DNA of 64,000 nucleotides from the human T2T-CHM13v2.0 reference genome, Homo sapiens: NCBI GenBank assembly GCA_009914755.4, contig CP086569.2, positions 6,784,001 to 6,848,000 of the forward strand, read 5' to 3'. Shown piece by piece: positions 63,422 to 64,000 of this stretch (position 1 is its first letter; each line of letters starts with the position of its first letter). The notes under the pieces were generated by a model. It saw only the letters and a program-made list of their open reading frames with translations, ran no database searches and was not told where the DNA came from. The position numbers and the translations under genes were made by a program.

Positions 63422-64000
63422 TCTTTGTGGTTTTATGTACCTTTGGTCTTTGATGATGGTGACGTACAGATGGGGTTTTGGTGTGGATGTCCTTTCTGTT
63501 TGTTAGTTTTCCTTCTAACAGCACCCTCAGTTGCAAGTCTGTTGGAATTTGCTGGAGGTCCTCTCAAAACCTTGTTTGCCTGGGTATCAGCAGCAGAGGC
63601 TGCAGAACAGGGAATATTGCTGAACAGCAAATACTGCTGCCTGATCATTCCTCTGGAAGTTTCATCTCAGATGGGTACCTGGCTGTGTGAGGTGTCAGTC
63701 TGCCTCTACTGGGGGATGCCTCCCAGTTAGGCTACTCAGGGTTCAGGGACCCACTTAAGGAGGCAGTCTGTCCATTCTCAGATCTCAAACTCCATGCTGG
63801 GAGAACCACTACTCTCTTCAAGCTGTCAGACAGGGACATTTAAGTCTGTAGAGGTTTCTGTTGCCTTTTGTTCAGCTATGCCCTGCCCCCAGAGGTGGAG
63901 TCTACAGAGGCAGGCAGGCCTCCTTCAGCTGTGGTGGGTTCCACCCAGTTCGAGCTTCCCAGCTGCTTTGTTTACCTACTCAAGCCTCAGCAATGGTGGG

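Overview
The window reads as primate (human-type) genomic DNA built almost entirely from interspersed repeats. I found no protein-coding exon, tRNA, rRNA or CRISPR array that I could support; every long ORF in the track falls inside a transposable element or a low-complexity tract. I did not find a novel or undescribed biological system, only transposable-element biology.

Main content:
- Four LINE-1 copies:
  - 1..2926 (-), 5'-truncated.
  - 2927..8621 (+), full length but decayed.
  - 22390..28458 (-), full length and young: only three ORF-disabling lesions and a ~10-bp target-site duplication.
  - 58292..64000 (-), cut by the window edge.
- About 25 Alu SINEs, including several closely spaced inverted pairs and one with a perfect 16-bp target-site duplication.
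- ERVL-MaLR LTRs: MLT1-type at 17480, 19820 and 29303; THE1/MST-type at 30037, 53771, 54676 and 56183.
- Old L1M/L1PB 3' ends, and several simple or low-complexity tracts: (TG)n, (GA)n, (AAAG)n, a 400-bp polypyrimidine tract and a TA-rich minisatellite.

The most structured locus is a three-level nested endogenous-retrovirus complex at 37801..52478:
- an older gamma-like ERV on the minus strand, with LTR pieces at 37801-38090, 46101-46304 and 51996-52478;
- an ~8-kb ERV9/HERV-W-group provirus on the plus strand (38091..46100) inserted into that older ERV's 3' LTR with a 4-bp GTGG duplication. Its LTR12-like LTRs carry tandem CCAAT repeats, and it has decayed gag-pro-pol-env, a PBS-like 18-mer and a PPT;
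- a HERV-K(HML-2) LTR5 solo LTR (48188..49147) inserted in the older ERV's interior.

The older ERV's uninterrupted 5' LTR serves, within this same window, as a copy of the site before the ERV9 insertion.

All family names come from my memory of consensus sequences, not from a database search. Coordinates are approximate to about 10 bp.
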